IMG/VR virus record: IMGVR_UViG_3300043419_000459
Span: 1 to 64,000 of that record
Reading direction: 5' to 3' (one strand)
Source of the DNA: a virus
DNA length: 64,000 nt
Below, in pieces: positions 1-9,191 of this stretch; position 1 is the stretch's first letter, and each line of letters begins with the position of its first letter. Made by a program: the position numbers and the translations under genes. Under the pieces are notes generated by a model. The model searched no databases and was not told the origin of the DNA. It worked only from the letters and a program-made list of their open reading frames with translations.

Positions 1-1
1 A

Positions 2-43
2 TTCATTTTTTGTCGTAAAAAGGCAAAGTAATTGTGTATTCAT
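2..43 (-). CDS. hypothetical protein, 5' part only (MNTQLLCLFTTKNE..., runs off window start)
   Basis: ATG at 41-43 lies immediately after the stop of the 45..2114 gene, and the frame is open to the window edge. Confidence 0.6.
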   Translation of the reverse strand, partial: MNTQLLCLFTTKNE

Positions 44-44
44 T

Positions 45-2114
45 TTATGCTACTCCATTTTTTCTTTTGAAACATTCTATTGTATCCTTATCCCACTTAT
101 ATACCGTATTAAATCTACCAGTTGCGCCGGTTTTACTTCTTTGTCTTTTTTCACCAATACGAATTTTTTCACCTTTATCATTTAAGAAATATGCAATTCT
201 TACTGAACCTGTAATTTGATTTTCTTTTGATAACTGAAATTGTTCTGCAGTAGAACCGAATTTTTTAATGAAATCACTCATATTATTTGTGTTCATACAA
301 CTTGATATAATCTTATCGTTAATTACACCAACACCACACACAACTTCAAACAAACCAGGATATGCAAATACACCGTGTTTATCACCCATTGAGCCACCCA
401 TATGGAATTTTTCTATAAAGTTTTGAGCATCCAAATATGTTCCCAATCCCACTTTTGAACCATCTTCAAGTTTAACTGGAACAGTGTCGAGTTGTTTCAA
501 TAATTTTCTTTCAACTGCAACGGAACGTTTTCTAATATCATCAATCTTTTTAGCAACTAAATAATCCAATCCATAATGGTTTTTCAAATCATCTACAACT
601 CTTCTATCTCCACTTGATAATGATTCTGGGTCAGTTTGTGCAACTTTCATTAAGTTTGCTATACCAGCTGGTAGTTTACCATATTTTTTTTCTATTGCTG
701 CTATTCTTGCTTTACCACTATTTGATTTATTTAAATCCAAAGCAATTTTTGAAAGTTCTTTTGGATTTTTTTTAGATAAGGCTTTTGCAGGTTCGGCAAC
801 CACACTCTTTAATTCATTTTCAATTTTATTTAAAGTTGCGGTTTGTTTATCTATTACTTTTTTCAAATTTTCACCATCAGCGGGTTTCATTTTACCCTCT
901 TTAACCAATTTATCTATTTCAACTTTTTTATTTTGTCCTTCCTTTTGGAATGATGATTGTGCAACGATTGCATCAAATGAATCTTTATCCGATGTGAACT
1001 TAATCATTAAATCTCCTGTCTTTGAATTATATACAAATTGAGAAGTATCTGATGGGTTAGCTCCTCCGCCACCTTGTGCAACTAATTTCAATGCAACTTC
1101 TTTTGGTATTTCTTTTCCGTTTGGTGCAAATATTTTGTTGGATTGTCTAACCATATCCATTTGTTGTGCTTTACCACCTTCATCTCCAAAGAAACCATTA
1201 ACCGTACAATCTTCTTCTTTCCAACCATTATTTTTAATACCTTGCTTTATATTTCTAGCTTTAATTAATCCACCATTAGCGGCCATCATTAGTCTTGATA
1301 ATTGACCATCTGATAATTTGTCAAACTTACCTTTACCCGCTGCTCTAAAATCTCTTAATTGTTTTGCATTTACACTTGGGACTGATTTTTCTTGTCCTGC
1401 AATACCAGTCTTATCCGTTGCTTCTAATAGTGCACCACCTTTTAAGTTATCATATAAGTGTAAAACTGCTGATACTAAATCTGTTTTATCATTTTCCAAT
1501 GCCCACTCACATACATCACATGAACCATTTTCATTTAACATCGAACCGGCATTACCTGGAGCTGCGCCTGCATCGTCTTCACTTTCTGCTTTATGATATC
1601 CTTTTTTGTAGAACATTTGTCTACTTTGTCCTGCCTCTATACTAATTCTATCTATTTCTTTTTTAATCTCTTGTGGATTTTTACCTTTTTCTGCCTTAGC
1701 ATTTGCTTTCTTTTCGGCATCACTTACTTTAATATCTGCCGCAGGTGCTGTTTTTTGTGCACCAACTTTTACAGCCGGTTTTCCAGCTGCAGGTTTGTCG
1801 GTAGTTGGTAATTTACCACCATTTGCTTTTTTAGCTTTTTCTACTTCCGCAGGTGTTGGTTTATCGTGTTTTGTGGAATCAAAGTTTTTTACAACATATA
1901 CATTACCCGTTTTCTTATTCTTAACTACATCATCTTCGTTCAAATAAGAAAAATACACTCTTGCTCTCTGTGCCATTTCGTTGGCATCGGAAACACCATT
2001 CTCTTTTAAGATTTCTGTTAATTTTGTAACTTGTTCCTCCTTTGTTAAATCGATAATACCATGTTCTACACGATATTCCAATTCTTTAAGGATTTCTTGA
2101 AAATTTATTGACAT
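45..2114 (-). CDS. hypothetical protein, candidate internal head (ejected) protein
   Basis: 689-aa ORF with N-terminal ILKE/ILKE/YLNE motifs, a Lys/Ala-rich linker and a globular C-terminal part. Confidence 0.6.
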   Translation of the reverse strand: MSINFQEILKELEYRVEHGIIDLTKEEQVTKLTEILKENGVSDANEMAQRARVYFSYLNEDDVVKNKKTGNVYVVKNFDSTKHDKPTPAEVEKAKKANGGKLPTTDKPAAGKPAVKVGAQKTAPAADIKVSDAEKKANAKAEKGKNPQEIKKEIDRISIEAGQSRQMFYKKGYHKAESEDDAGAAPGNAGSMLNENGSCDVCEWALENDKTDLVSAVLHLYDNLKGGALLEATDKTGIAGQEKSVPSVNAKQLRDFRAAGKGKFDKLSDGQLSRLMMAANGGLIKARNIKQGIKNNGWKEEDCTVNGFFGDEGGKAQQMDMVRQSNKIFAPNGKEIPKEVALKLVAQGGGGANPSDTSQFVYNSKTGDLMIKFTSDKDSFDAIVAQSSFQKEGQNKKVEIDKLVKEGKMKPADGENLKKVIDKQTATLNKIENELKSVVAEPAKALSKKNPKELSKIALDLNKSNSGKARIAAIEKKYGKLPAGIANLMKVAQTDPESLSSGDRRVVDDLKNHYGLDYLVAKKIDDIRKRSVAVERKLLKQLDTVPVKLEDGSKVGLGTYLDAQNFIEKFHMGGSMGDKHGVFAYPGLFEVVCGVGVINDKIISSCMNTNNMSDFIKKFGSTAEQFQLSKENQITGSVRIAYFLNDKGEKIRIGEKRQRSKTGATGRFNTVYKWDKDTIECFKRKNGVA

Positions 2115-2122
2115 CTTTTATA

Positions 2123-2545
2123 TTATTTATCTTTTTTTTCTAACTTCTTCGATTGAGTTTCCAATGGAGTCACTACTTTATCAAATTCTTTTTCAGCTGC
2201 TTTTAAATCTGCATCCATTTTTTTCTGTTTTTCCTTACTCGCTTTACTATAATTATCTTTGTACGATTTACGAAAAGCATTCAATTTACTTTGAGCAGCT
2301 AATTTTTGTTTATGGAGAGTATCTAATTGTTTTTTTATCTTTGGGTCTACTGAATCTTTTGATTTTTCTTTATCATCAAATACAGATGTTCCTTTAATTT
2401 TAGAGGCCTGGCCCGCAGTTGTAGTTTTACCTGCAATTTTTACTTTTGTCGTAGGTCTTAACTTATGATTTTTACTGTAAGTATCAAATGCTTTTTTTGA
2501 TGCAAAGTCGATTTCTTTTAATGGTATTAAATCTACTAATTTCAT
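2123..2545 (-). CDS. basic hypothetical protein with KLxDLIxxKE leader (candidate internal head protein)
   Basis: 140-aa Lys-rich ORF starting MKLVDLIPLKE, with an upstream ATATTTATA motif. Confidence 0.6.
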   Translation of the reverse strand: MKLVDLIPLKEIDFASKKAFDTYSKNHKLRPTTKVKIAGKTTTAGQASKIKGTSVFDDKEKSKDSVDPKIKKQLDTLHKQKLAAQSKLNAFRKSYKDNYSKASKEKQKKMDADLKAAEKEFDKVVTPLETQSKKLEKKDK

Positions 2546-2578
2546 TGTATAGTCTTTCGTTTAGATATAATTATATGA

Positions 2579-2587
2579 TATAAATAT
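2579..2587 (-). promoter_or_regulatory. putative late promoter motif ATATTTATA (representative of about 18 copies)
   Basis: Same motif recurs upstream of many structural genes; see the promoter-motif finding. Confidence 0.55.
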
Positions 2588-2593
2588 AATTTT

Positions 2594-3868
2594 TTAATGT
2601 ATAACCTCTAAATTGTTATAATTCTCTCCTTCTTCGATTTTTACCGGAAAACCACCCTTCTCCATTATCTCTCCAATGTCGTTTAAAAGATTTTCTCTTT
2701 CAATTGGATGTGTGTCTATAAGAAAGGCATCATAAGTATAAAGTATCATTTTTGACATTTTCCCCTCCAAATACTCCAACACTTCCCCAATCTTCATATA
2801 ATTGATTTCAGTCTCTAAGGATTGTAATAAGTAGTTGAATACCTTTTGTTCGTTGGGAGTTTCGATTCTATCAAATGGTATTTCTCTTTTGTATAAGAGT
2901 GTCGTAAGTTTTCCCGAAATGACGAACCTTTGGTATAATCCCTTAATATATTCGTCTACCTTTTGAAAGAATGGAATCCCCCGAGCATTATCGTCTAATC
3001 CCCCATAAAGGTATGTAAAGGTTATTTTCTTTGCCGTCTCCACATCACACCCATAAAGATTTGCAAGGTGTTGGTGAGCCGTAGTCCCTTTTGGAAACTC
3101 ATACCCAACCATCTTTGCAATCAAACGAATGTGATATGACTCATAGTCAAATTGAATTAGGGTACCGTGTGGATGACGACTAATAAACATTTCTCTCGTT
3201 CCATCGGATTTCTTTAACGCAGAGTAATTGACATTAAGATGACGATTGGATGGCCTACCTGTAATAGTGTATGGATTGTACTGAGTGTAGACGATATCGT
3301 TTTTTCGCAGGTATTGCTCGTTGAAGTTAAAACTATCAATAAATTTTTCTCTAACGACTTTTACCCCAGCCCCTTCCAACCTTCCCAATATGGTGATTGC
3401 TGATGTATATTTTCTATACCATTCTTGTCTTTTACTGATATTTGGGATTGTCCTAAGTATTTCCAACCATTTCATTAAAGGTACACAATCATTCAACTCC
3501 TTAAAGTCGTTTCTATACCCCCTATAAACCGATTCTACGACCTCATTAAATATAAATGGTTTCCCATACTCTTCAAAGTAAACCCACTCATAATCCAATC
3601 CTTGTGTATTTAAATACCTATTGTCTAAAACTAACGTATTTACGTGCACTAATTTTGATATGTCGAATTTGTCTAATTTTTTTGCATCTATGTGATTGAA
3701 ATTCATAATACCATCTTCACCATTTGGTTGTCTAAAATATATAAAAGATAAACGACTACCCAATGGATGTGCTCTATGAGAACTCCACACAGGAATTATA
3801 AGGTCAATATTTACATTTCCACCCAAAAAAGAAAGTAGGGTAGACTTATCTTCAATTAGATTAATCAT
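2594..3868 (-). CDS. divergent family A DNA polymerase (PolA-like polymerase domain)
   Basis: TITGRPS, motif A FDYESYHIRL, motif B AKKITFTYLYG, FNYLLQS and motif C YTYDAFLID. Confidence 0.8.
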   Translation of the reverse strand: MINLIEDKSTLLSFLGGNVNIDLIIPVWSSHRAHPLGSRLSFIYFRQPNGEDGIMNFNHIDAKKLDKFDISKLVHVNTLVLDNRYLNTQGLDYEWVYFEEYGKPFIFNEVVESVYRGYRNDFKELNDCVPLMKWLEILRTIPNISKRQEWYRKYTSAITILGRLEGAGVKVVREKFIDSFNFNEQYLRKNDIVYTQYNPYTITGRPSNRHLNVNYSALKKSDGTREMFISRHPHGTLIQFDYESYHIRLIAKMVGYEFPKGTTAHQHLANLYGCDVETAKKITFTYLYGGLDDNARGIPFFQKVDEYIKGLYQRFVISGKLTTLLYKREIPFDRIETPNEQKVFNYLLQSLETEINYMKIGEVLEYLEGKMSKMILYTYDAFLIDTHPIERENLLNDIGEIMEKGGFPVKIEEGENYNNLEVIH

Positions 3869-3874
3869 ACCCTA

Positions 3875-3905
3875 CTAATATACTAAAAATATTTTGATTT
3901 ACAAA
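3875..3905 (-). promoter_or_regulatory. Bacteroidota-type housekeeping promoter (TTTG-N19-TATATTAG)
   Basis: One mismatch to TTTG-N19-21-TAnnTTTG, directly upstream of the PolA-like gene. Confidence 0.5.
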
Positions 3906-3907
3906 AT

Positions 3908-4684
3908 TTATTCTCCCCAATGCTTTTCACGTAATTCGTAAATATCAATCGGTTCTCTCTTCATTTGGTTACCCGGTTTGAAATATGCTCCTTTCTTTAA
4001 ATAACCACCTAAGAAATTTCTTCTCATTCTTGTAGTATCTTTATTCGGGTCAGAACCATGTACAACGTGTGAGTGTAAAAGTGCAACTTGTCCTTTTTTC
4101 AAATGTCCTTCTACTTTACGGAAATCATGACCCTCTGGCATTACACAACTGATACCTCTCTCACTTCTCCAATTTGCAGTGTTTGTTGCTTTTCTTTCTT
4201 CATTATCTTCCATTGGTAAAACTGGTAATCTATGTGAACCTTCATAGTTCCATACTGCCCCATTTTCAGGGTCGTGATTATCTAATGCCAATGCAGTGTT
4301 AATAATTTCGTTGTGGCCACATCCTGTGTAGAATGCATTCTGATGTTGGTCTCTACCTAATTCACCTTTTGGTTTGAAATATGCCCAAGTTTGCATTCCC
4401 ACTATATCACCTTCCATAAGAAATTCCATTGCTTCAATCAATTTAGGATGTGCAAACAATGCTTCTAATTTAGAAGATAATTTGTGTGGATACATGAATG
4501 GTTCATATTCCTGCCATTTTTCAGGTTCAGCTGCATTTCTTTCCAAACGCAATCTATTTAATTCTTCATTAACTTCATCAACTTCTGATTCGGTAAGTAA
4601 TTCCAATACCGTCCAACCTCTATATCTCCAATCAAATGTCATTTGTTGGATTTCTTCGGCGGTAAGATGTTTAAATTTTGACAT
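3908..4684 (-). CDS. phytanoyl-CoA dioxygenase (PhyH)-family 2OG-Fe(II) oxygenase
   Basis: GWTV..LL, HQNAFY, ALD..PENG, EGSH, distal HGS and RR motifs typical of the PhyH fold. Confidence 0.85.
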   Translation of the reverse strand: MSKFKHLTAEEIQQMTFDWRYRGWTVLELLTESEVDEVNEELNRLRLERNAAEPEKWQEYEPFMYPHKLSSKLEALFAHPKLIEAMEFLMEGDIVGMQTWAYFKPKGELGRDQHQNAFYTGCGHNEIINTALALDNHDPENGAVWNYEGSHRLPVLPMEDNEERKATNTANWRSERGISCVMPEGHDFRKVEGHLKKGQVALLHSHVVHGSDPNKDTTRMRRNFLGGYLKKGAYFKPGNQMKREPIDIYELREKHWGE

Positions 4685-4704
4685 AACTTTATTTTGTTTA
4701 TAAT

Positions 4705-4736
4705 TAAATATATGATTTTATTTTTATTTTTCCAAA
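4705..4736 (-). promoter_or_regulatory. Bacteroidota-type promoter (TTTG-N20-TATATTTA)
   Basis: Spacing and elements match the consensus with one mismatch; upstream of the PhyH gene. Confidence 0.45.
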
Positions 4737-4737
4737 T

Positions 4738-5112
4738 TTATTTATAGAATTGTAATAAGTTTGGTAAATATAAACCTATGTTTTTAATTTTATCCGATGC
4801 TATTGAAATCGATGTACCATTTGATGCTACTACACCAATATCAGTTATAGTACCATTATTCGAATATACTGCCGATTTAGGGCCGGTGATTCTCCATCGT
4901 ATTTCTTCCAATGTCCAATATGGATTTTCTAATAACGAATTATATTCTTCCAAATCTATTTCAAAAACAAAAGAATTTGAATCATTTACTCTTTGTGTAA
5001 AATATCTATTTATAAATCCATTTTCGTAATCAATATCAATTGGAGATGGTACAATCGTTTTTGGAAAATCCAATGAATACAATTCTTTATTCTTTATTAA
5101 ATCTTTATACAT
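4738..5112 (-). CDS. hypothetical protein (baseplate region)
   Basis: 124-aa ORF coupled to the baseplate hub gene. Confidence 0.6.
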   Translation of the reverse strand: MYKDLIKNKELYSLDFPKTIVPSPIDIDYENGFINRYFTQRVNDSNSFVFEIDLEEYNSLLENPYWTLEEIRWRITGPKSAVYSNNGTITDIGVVASNGTSISIASDKIKNIGLYLPNLLQFYK

Positions 5113-5113
5113 T

Positions 5114-7396
5114 TTATTCTGTTTTTAATAAATAACCAGCTTCAATTGTTGTTTTCCAACCACTCTCATCAATACCTTGTTTTACATTTAATATTTGAAA
5201 ATACCCATTTCTATTGTATATTTCCGGTATACCATCTATTTGAAAATATTCACCACAACTAAATCCGGCCATTCCGTCTATTTCTAATGTTATTTCCAAA
5301 TATGTCAATGCGGTAGAATTGGCAGGTGTTTTTGGTAGTAAATATAATTGAATTAACCCACTATCTTTATATATTAAATTTTGTATACCCTTTGCATTTT
5401 TAAATTTTACATATTTACTGGTTATAGATTCTTTTAATTTTTTAGTTTGTTCTTCATCGGATTTTTTCTTATCCTCTTCTTCTTTTTTCTTTTCGGCAGG
5501 AGATTGATTCTTTTTTTTATTTTCTTCCTTCTTTAATCCACCTTTTACTATGGTGACTTCCATATCGTTTACTGAAAAATATCCATCTGCGTTTTTTGCA
5601 TATGAGAGGTCAGCCGATATATAATTATCTATTTCTTTCGATGCATCCGTATTTGTTCCTTTGTTCCCTTTAGCAATTGCAAGTTGGGTTGAGTATAATG
5701 CTTGTGCTTGCATTAGTGTACTCATTTCCATATTAAAATTAAAATTTTTAACTATGGATTCTTTTGCACCTATTTTAAATCTATGTGTTGTTGGTTTTTC
5801 CGATGAAGATGTGGTTTTTGGTAATGGTTGAAAAATTTTTCTATCAATAATTTCCAAAGAAGTTTGCCCTTGTACATCTTCTTTTTTTTGTAATTCCAAA
5901 TTACACATCCCCAACATACAATTTTGTATAGTCGATAATACCGAATTTATTACATCTGCTATATTATTTGCATTATCAAATATTTCTATAAATCTATTAT
6001 AATTAAAAAATACATTTAATAAATTTCCTGTGTTTGATTTTACTGCAATTTCCGTATTATCGTTTGTATTTTTTATTTTTATATCATTTGTTTTTATACT
6101 TTCACCGGTACTAAAATTATAAATTTGAGAATCACTTAGATTAAAAGATTTTTCGTTTATTTTACCATCAATTCCAGGTTCATCATATGCTAATATAATT
6201 CTATTTTCCTTTCCACCATTAGCCAATCTCACTTCTGGTAATTTACCAGGAAATATAATAGATTCATCGGTTGATATTAGATTTGGATTTGAATTTACAG
6301 GAATTATTTTTTTTCCATCATATTCATAATTTACCGAAATTATTTCTGACAATGGATTTGTTAATTTTAAGTTATTTATTATTTCAATTATAACTTTCAT
6401 TGAAATATATGGTATTTTTGAAACTATGGTACTACTTTGTTTTTCATTTGTTATACCATAATTAAAGAATTCATTTTTCCAAATATTATCATCTTTAAAG
6501 ATATTTGTTTCAAAATCAGGTCTACCAAAGTCTGCTGCAATTTTTGAAATAAAGGATTTATAAGTTGTTATCTTTTTTTCATTTTTTTTCAATGTAAGGG
6601 CCGATTCTTTTGCAGATTTTAAAGCGGGCCATAATTGTAATTCATTTCCACTAGACACTTCTATACTTACTTCATATGTACCATCTTCGGTTGGTGAATA
6701 ATTGAAATTTGTTACTCTACCAACCATATAATCATATTCACCCTCAGTTTCTTTTAGTATTTTTTTATAACTATCTTTTTTAGTATTTTCTAAAAATAAA
6801 TCAGAATAATCTTTTTTATAAGTTTCAAAATTTTTCTTTGCAAATAAATTTTTATCTATTGTAACATTTTTGAAAGCGCCAGAAAATGCACCTTTTTTTG
6901 TAGAACTACTCCACCCGTATTCCAATACAACATTCATAGATGGTCTCAAAAAAAACAATTCAAACATTTCCAATTGTTTTAATGTAAATATTTTGACTTT
7001 AACTTGTGCCGTTTTTAAGGTATTGTTACCACCATCGGTGTCTATCTCTATACTTTCTATAATTGGTGTAGATACTCTTCTATTTTTTTCACCTTCTACC
7101 TTTATTTCTTTTCCGTTTAAATCGTAACCAACTATTGTTTCTCCCGATTGATATAATTTCGAAACATCTGTGGTATTTGTAATTACACATCCATAATATG
7201 TAGTTGCGTCTTTTCCGTATTCTTGATTTATAAATAAATTTTTAATTTCTTCAGTAGTCTTATTTTTTAAAACAACGGCACCACTAGACATTATTGCAAA
7301 AGGAGATAATGTAGTAATATAATTTCTATCCGATTCTCTTTCTTTTAATTTCTCTACTGTCCACTCTTCAAGTGGCTTTATAAATGGAAATGGCAT
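5114..7396 (-). CDS. putative baseplate hub protein (gp27/late control D-like)
   Basis: Follows the LysM wedge gene; LRP..VVLEYGW and a C-terminal GxxFxIxGIP..YFQIxxVxQxIxxxGWKTTIEA pattern typical of hub proteins. Confidence 0.55.
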   Translation of the reverse strand: MPFPFIKPLEEWTVEKLKERESDRNYITTLSPFAIMSSGAVVLKNKTTEEIKNLFINQEYGKDATTYYGCVITNTTDVSKLYQSGETIVGYDLNGKEIKVEGEKNRRVSTPIIESIEIDTDGGNNTLKTAQVKVKIFTLKQLEMFELFFLRPSMNVVLEYGWSSSTKKGAFSGAFKNVTIDKNLFAKKNFETYKKDYSDLFLENTKKDSYKKILKETEGEYDYMVGRVTNFNYSPTEDGTYEVSIEVSSGNELQLWPALKSAKESALTLKKNEKKITTYKSFISKIAADFGRPDFETNIFKDDNIWKNEFFNYGITNEKQSSTIVSKIPYISMKVIIEIINNLKLTNPLSEIISVNYEYDGKKIIPVNSNPNLISTDESIIFPGKLPEVRLANGGKENRIILAYDEPGIDGKINEKSFNLSDSQIYNFSTGESIKTNDIKIKNTNDNTEIAVKSNTGNLLNVFFNYNRFIEIFDNANNIADVINSVLSTIQNCMLGMCNLELQKKEDVQGQTSLEIIDRKIFQPLPKTTSSSEKPTTHRFKIGAKESIVKNFNFNMEMSTLMQAQALYSTQLAIAKGNKGTNTDASKEIDNYISADLSYAKNADGYFSVNDMEVTIVKGGLKKEENKKKNQSPAEKKKEEEDKKKSDEEQTKKLKESITSKYVKFKNAKGIQNLIYKDSGLIQLYLLPKTPANSTALTYLEITLEIDGMAGFSCGEYFQIDGIPEIYNRNGYFQILNVKQGIDESGWKTTIEAGYLLKTE

Positions 7397-7402
7397 AACC
7401 TA

Positions 7403-7705
7403 TTATTTATTTATTTTTTCAAAGTCATTCAAAATCTTTGATAAATTTGATGGTATTCTCATTTGAGTACCAGGTGTGATTGATAACGATGCATCATTTA
7501 AATTATTTGCAGTTGCTATTATCCACCAAAGTGTTTTATCATTATAGTATTTTGATGCAAGTATATCCAATCTATCACTTGATTCTGATATTATATATAA
7601 ATCGTCATCCGATGGTTTTATTTTCGGATAAATGATACTACTTAAATATTTTTTCTTTGTACCTTTGGTAGTAAATGTATTTGTATATTGATATCTGTTT
7701 GGCAT
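7403..7705 (-). CDS. LysM-domain baseplate wedge protein (gp53-like)
   Basis: DRLDILASKYYNDKTLWWIIATAN...GTQMRIP. Confidence 0.8.
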   Translation of the reverse strand: MPNRYQYTNTFTTKGTKKKYLSSIIYPKIKPSDDDLYIISESSDRLDILASKYYNDKTLWWIIATANNLNDASLSITPGTQMRIPSNLSKILNDFEKINK

Positions 7706-9147
7706 TATTTCTCTTTGGTTTCTTCAATTACAAATGGTGCTTTAATGTCACGATTTTTATTATACTGACTATTTGGTGTTTTGCCATCCGATTCATATGA
7801 TATCCCATCAAAATTATATTTGTATCTAGTAATACCACCTTTATCGGTTTCCGTTTTATGATTTTCTATGATTTTCATACTAATTGACACATCTATTACG
7901 GATGGATATAATGTAGTATCATTTTTTACACCAAAAATGGTTTGTAATGGGTCGCGACCATCTTGCCCACCATTTGGGTCTGCGGATGGCCATACCGTAT
8001 TATCTTCCACCGAAAACGATAAATTTTCTATATATCCATAAACATTTTTATACATATCACCGATTGTAAGATATACTAAATTTGGAGAAAATGCAAATTG
8101 TGATGTTTGTGTATCTCCACCATATTTCATTTCGGAAATTTCTTCATATGGAAATGCTAACGATTTAAGATAATTTATCTTTTTAATCATTACTCCCTTT
8201 TCTTTTACAGTGGTATAATGTAATTTTAAATTAAATTTTAAACTTCGTTCTACACCCTGATATCTATTTACTTTAAAAGGTGACCCTATATATCTAAAAT
8301 TTGTCCATTCCGTTTGAATGTCTTCACTTAAACCGGTAACAGAACCTGCAAATGGAATAGTGCTTGAGTTACCTTGTTTTCTAAATAATACCCAAACTTG
8401 ATTTGCTACTCTAAACTTTTCTATATCGGTTTCTAAACCAGTAATAGTATCATATTTTTCTACCGTATTAATATAAGAATTTCCCCCATCCCAACCTGCC
8501 TTTTCATCAGGACTCCTCAATTTTAATGTTTTCTTTATATCTCCGGTAATAAGTTCCACTGCTGGTGCTGGATATTTTGGAAGAGATGTTGTTGTAACTT
8601 CTTTATATTCACTAAATTTGTTGGTAGTTTGTAGTGGTTTTCCTCCTAATTCGGTTCTGTTAAACAAATCACCATACCCCTTTGCTGGTAGTTTCTTTTT
8701 TAACTCTTTTGCTAATTTTTTTATGGCAGCTGGGGAACCTACTTTATTTAAGGTTTGTTGTGCTATGTTTGTTGCAACTCCCGCAGGTGATGATGCTCCT
8801 TGCTTTATAGTTCCGATGATAGAATTTGGAGAAGGTGCTTCTTTTACAAAATATTTTCTACCCTCTTCAATTGAGTCTCTTAATAATGCGGTTGTAACTG
8901 CTGGTAAACTTATTGGTTTTCTAAAAAAAGCAGTTCCTTTAAATATTGTATCCGATGGTCTATTTGCCGAACCACCCAATGCACCACCTACTTGATTTCC
9001 AATTATATCTCCAATTTTATTTGGTGAAGATGTTATCAATGCAGCTGCTCTTGGTGGATTTATAAATCCCCTACTTTCTATTCGGATATTTTCTTTTCCG
9101 TATAGTTCCTTTTTTTGTGATTTGAATAAATCCTGTATTGTTGCCAT
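7705..9147 (-). CDS. putative tail tube initiator / baseplate tube cap protein
   Basis: Tube-like C-terminal domain (IPF..GLSE..W..YIG..YQG.ERSLKF..LTIGD.Y..G.I..LSF..W) directly after the tape measure gene. Confidence 0.55.
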   Translation of the reverse strand: MATIQDLFKSQKKELYGKENIRIESRGFINPPRAAALITSSPNKIGDIIGNQVGGALGGSANRPSDTIFKGTAFFRKPISLPAVTTALLRDSIEEGRKYFVKEAPSPNSIIGTIKQGASSPAGVATNIAQQTLNKVGSPAAIKKLAKELKKKLPAKGYGDLFNRTELGGKPLQTTNKFSEYKEVTTTSLPKYPAPAVELITGDIKKTLKLRSPDEKAGWDGGNSYINTVEKYDTITGLETDIEKFRVANQVWVLFRKQGNSSTIPFAGSVTGLSEDIQTEWTNFRYIGSPFKVNRYQGVERSLKFNLKLHYTTVKEKGVMIKKINYLKSLAFPYEEISEMKYGGDTQTSQFAFSPNLVYLTIGDMYKNVYGYIENLSFSVEDNTVWPSADPNGGQDGRDPLQTIFGVKNDTTLYPSVIDVSISMKIIENHKTETDKGGITRYKYNFDGISYESDGKTPNSQYNKNRDIKAPFVIEETKEK

Positions 9148-9191
9148 TTATGAATAGTAGTATTTAGTTATAAATATCTTTATTCTAAATA

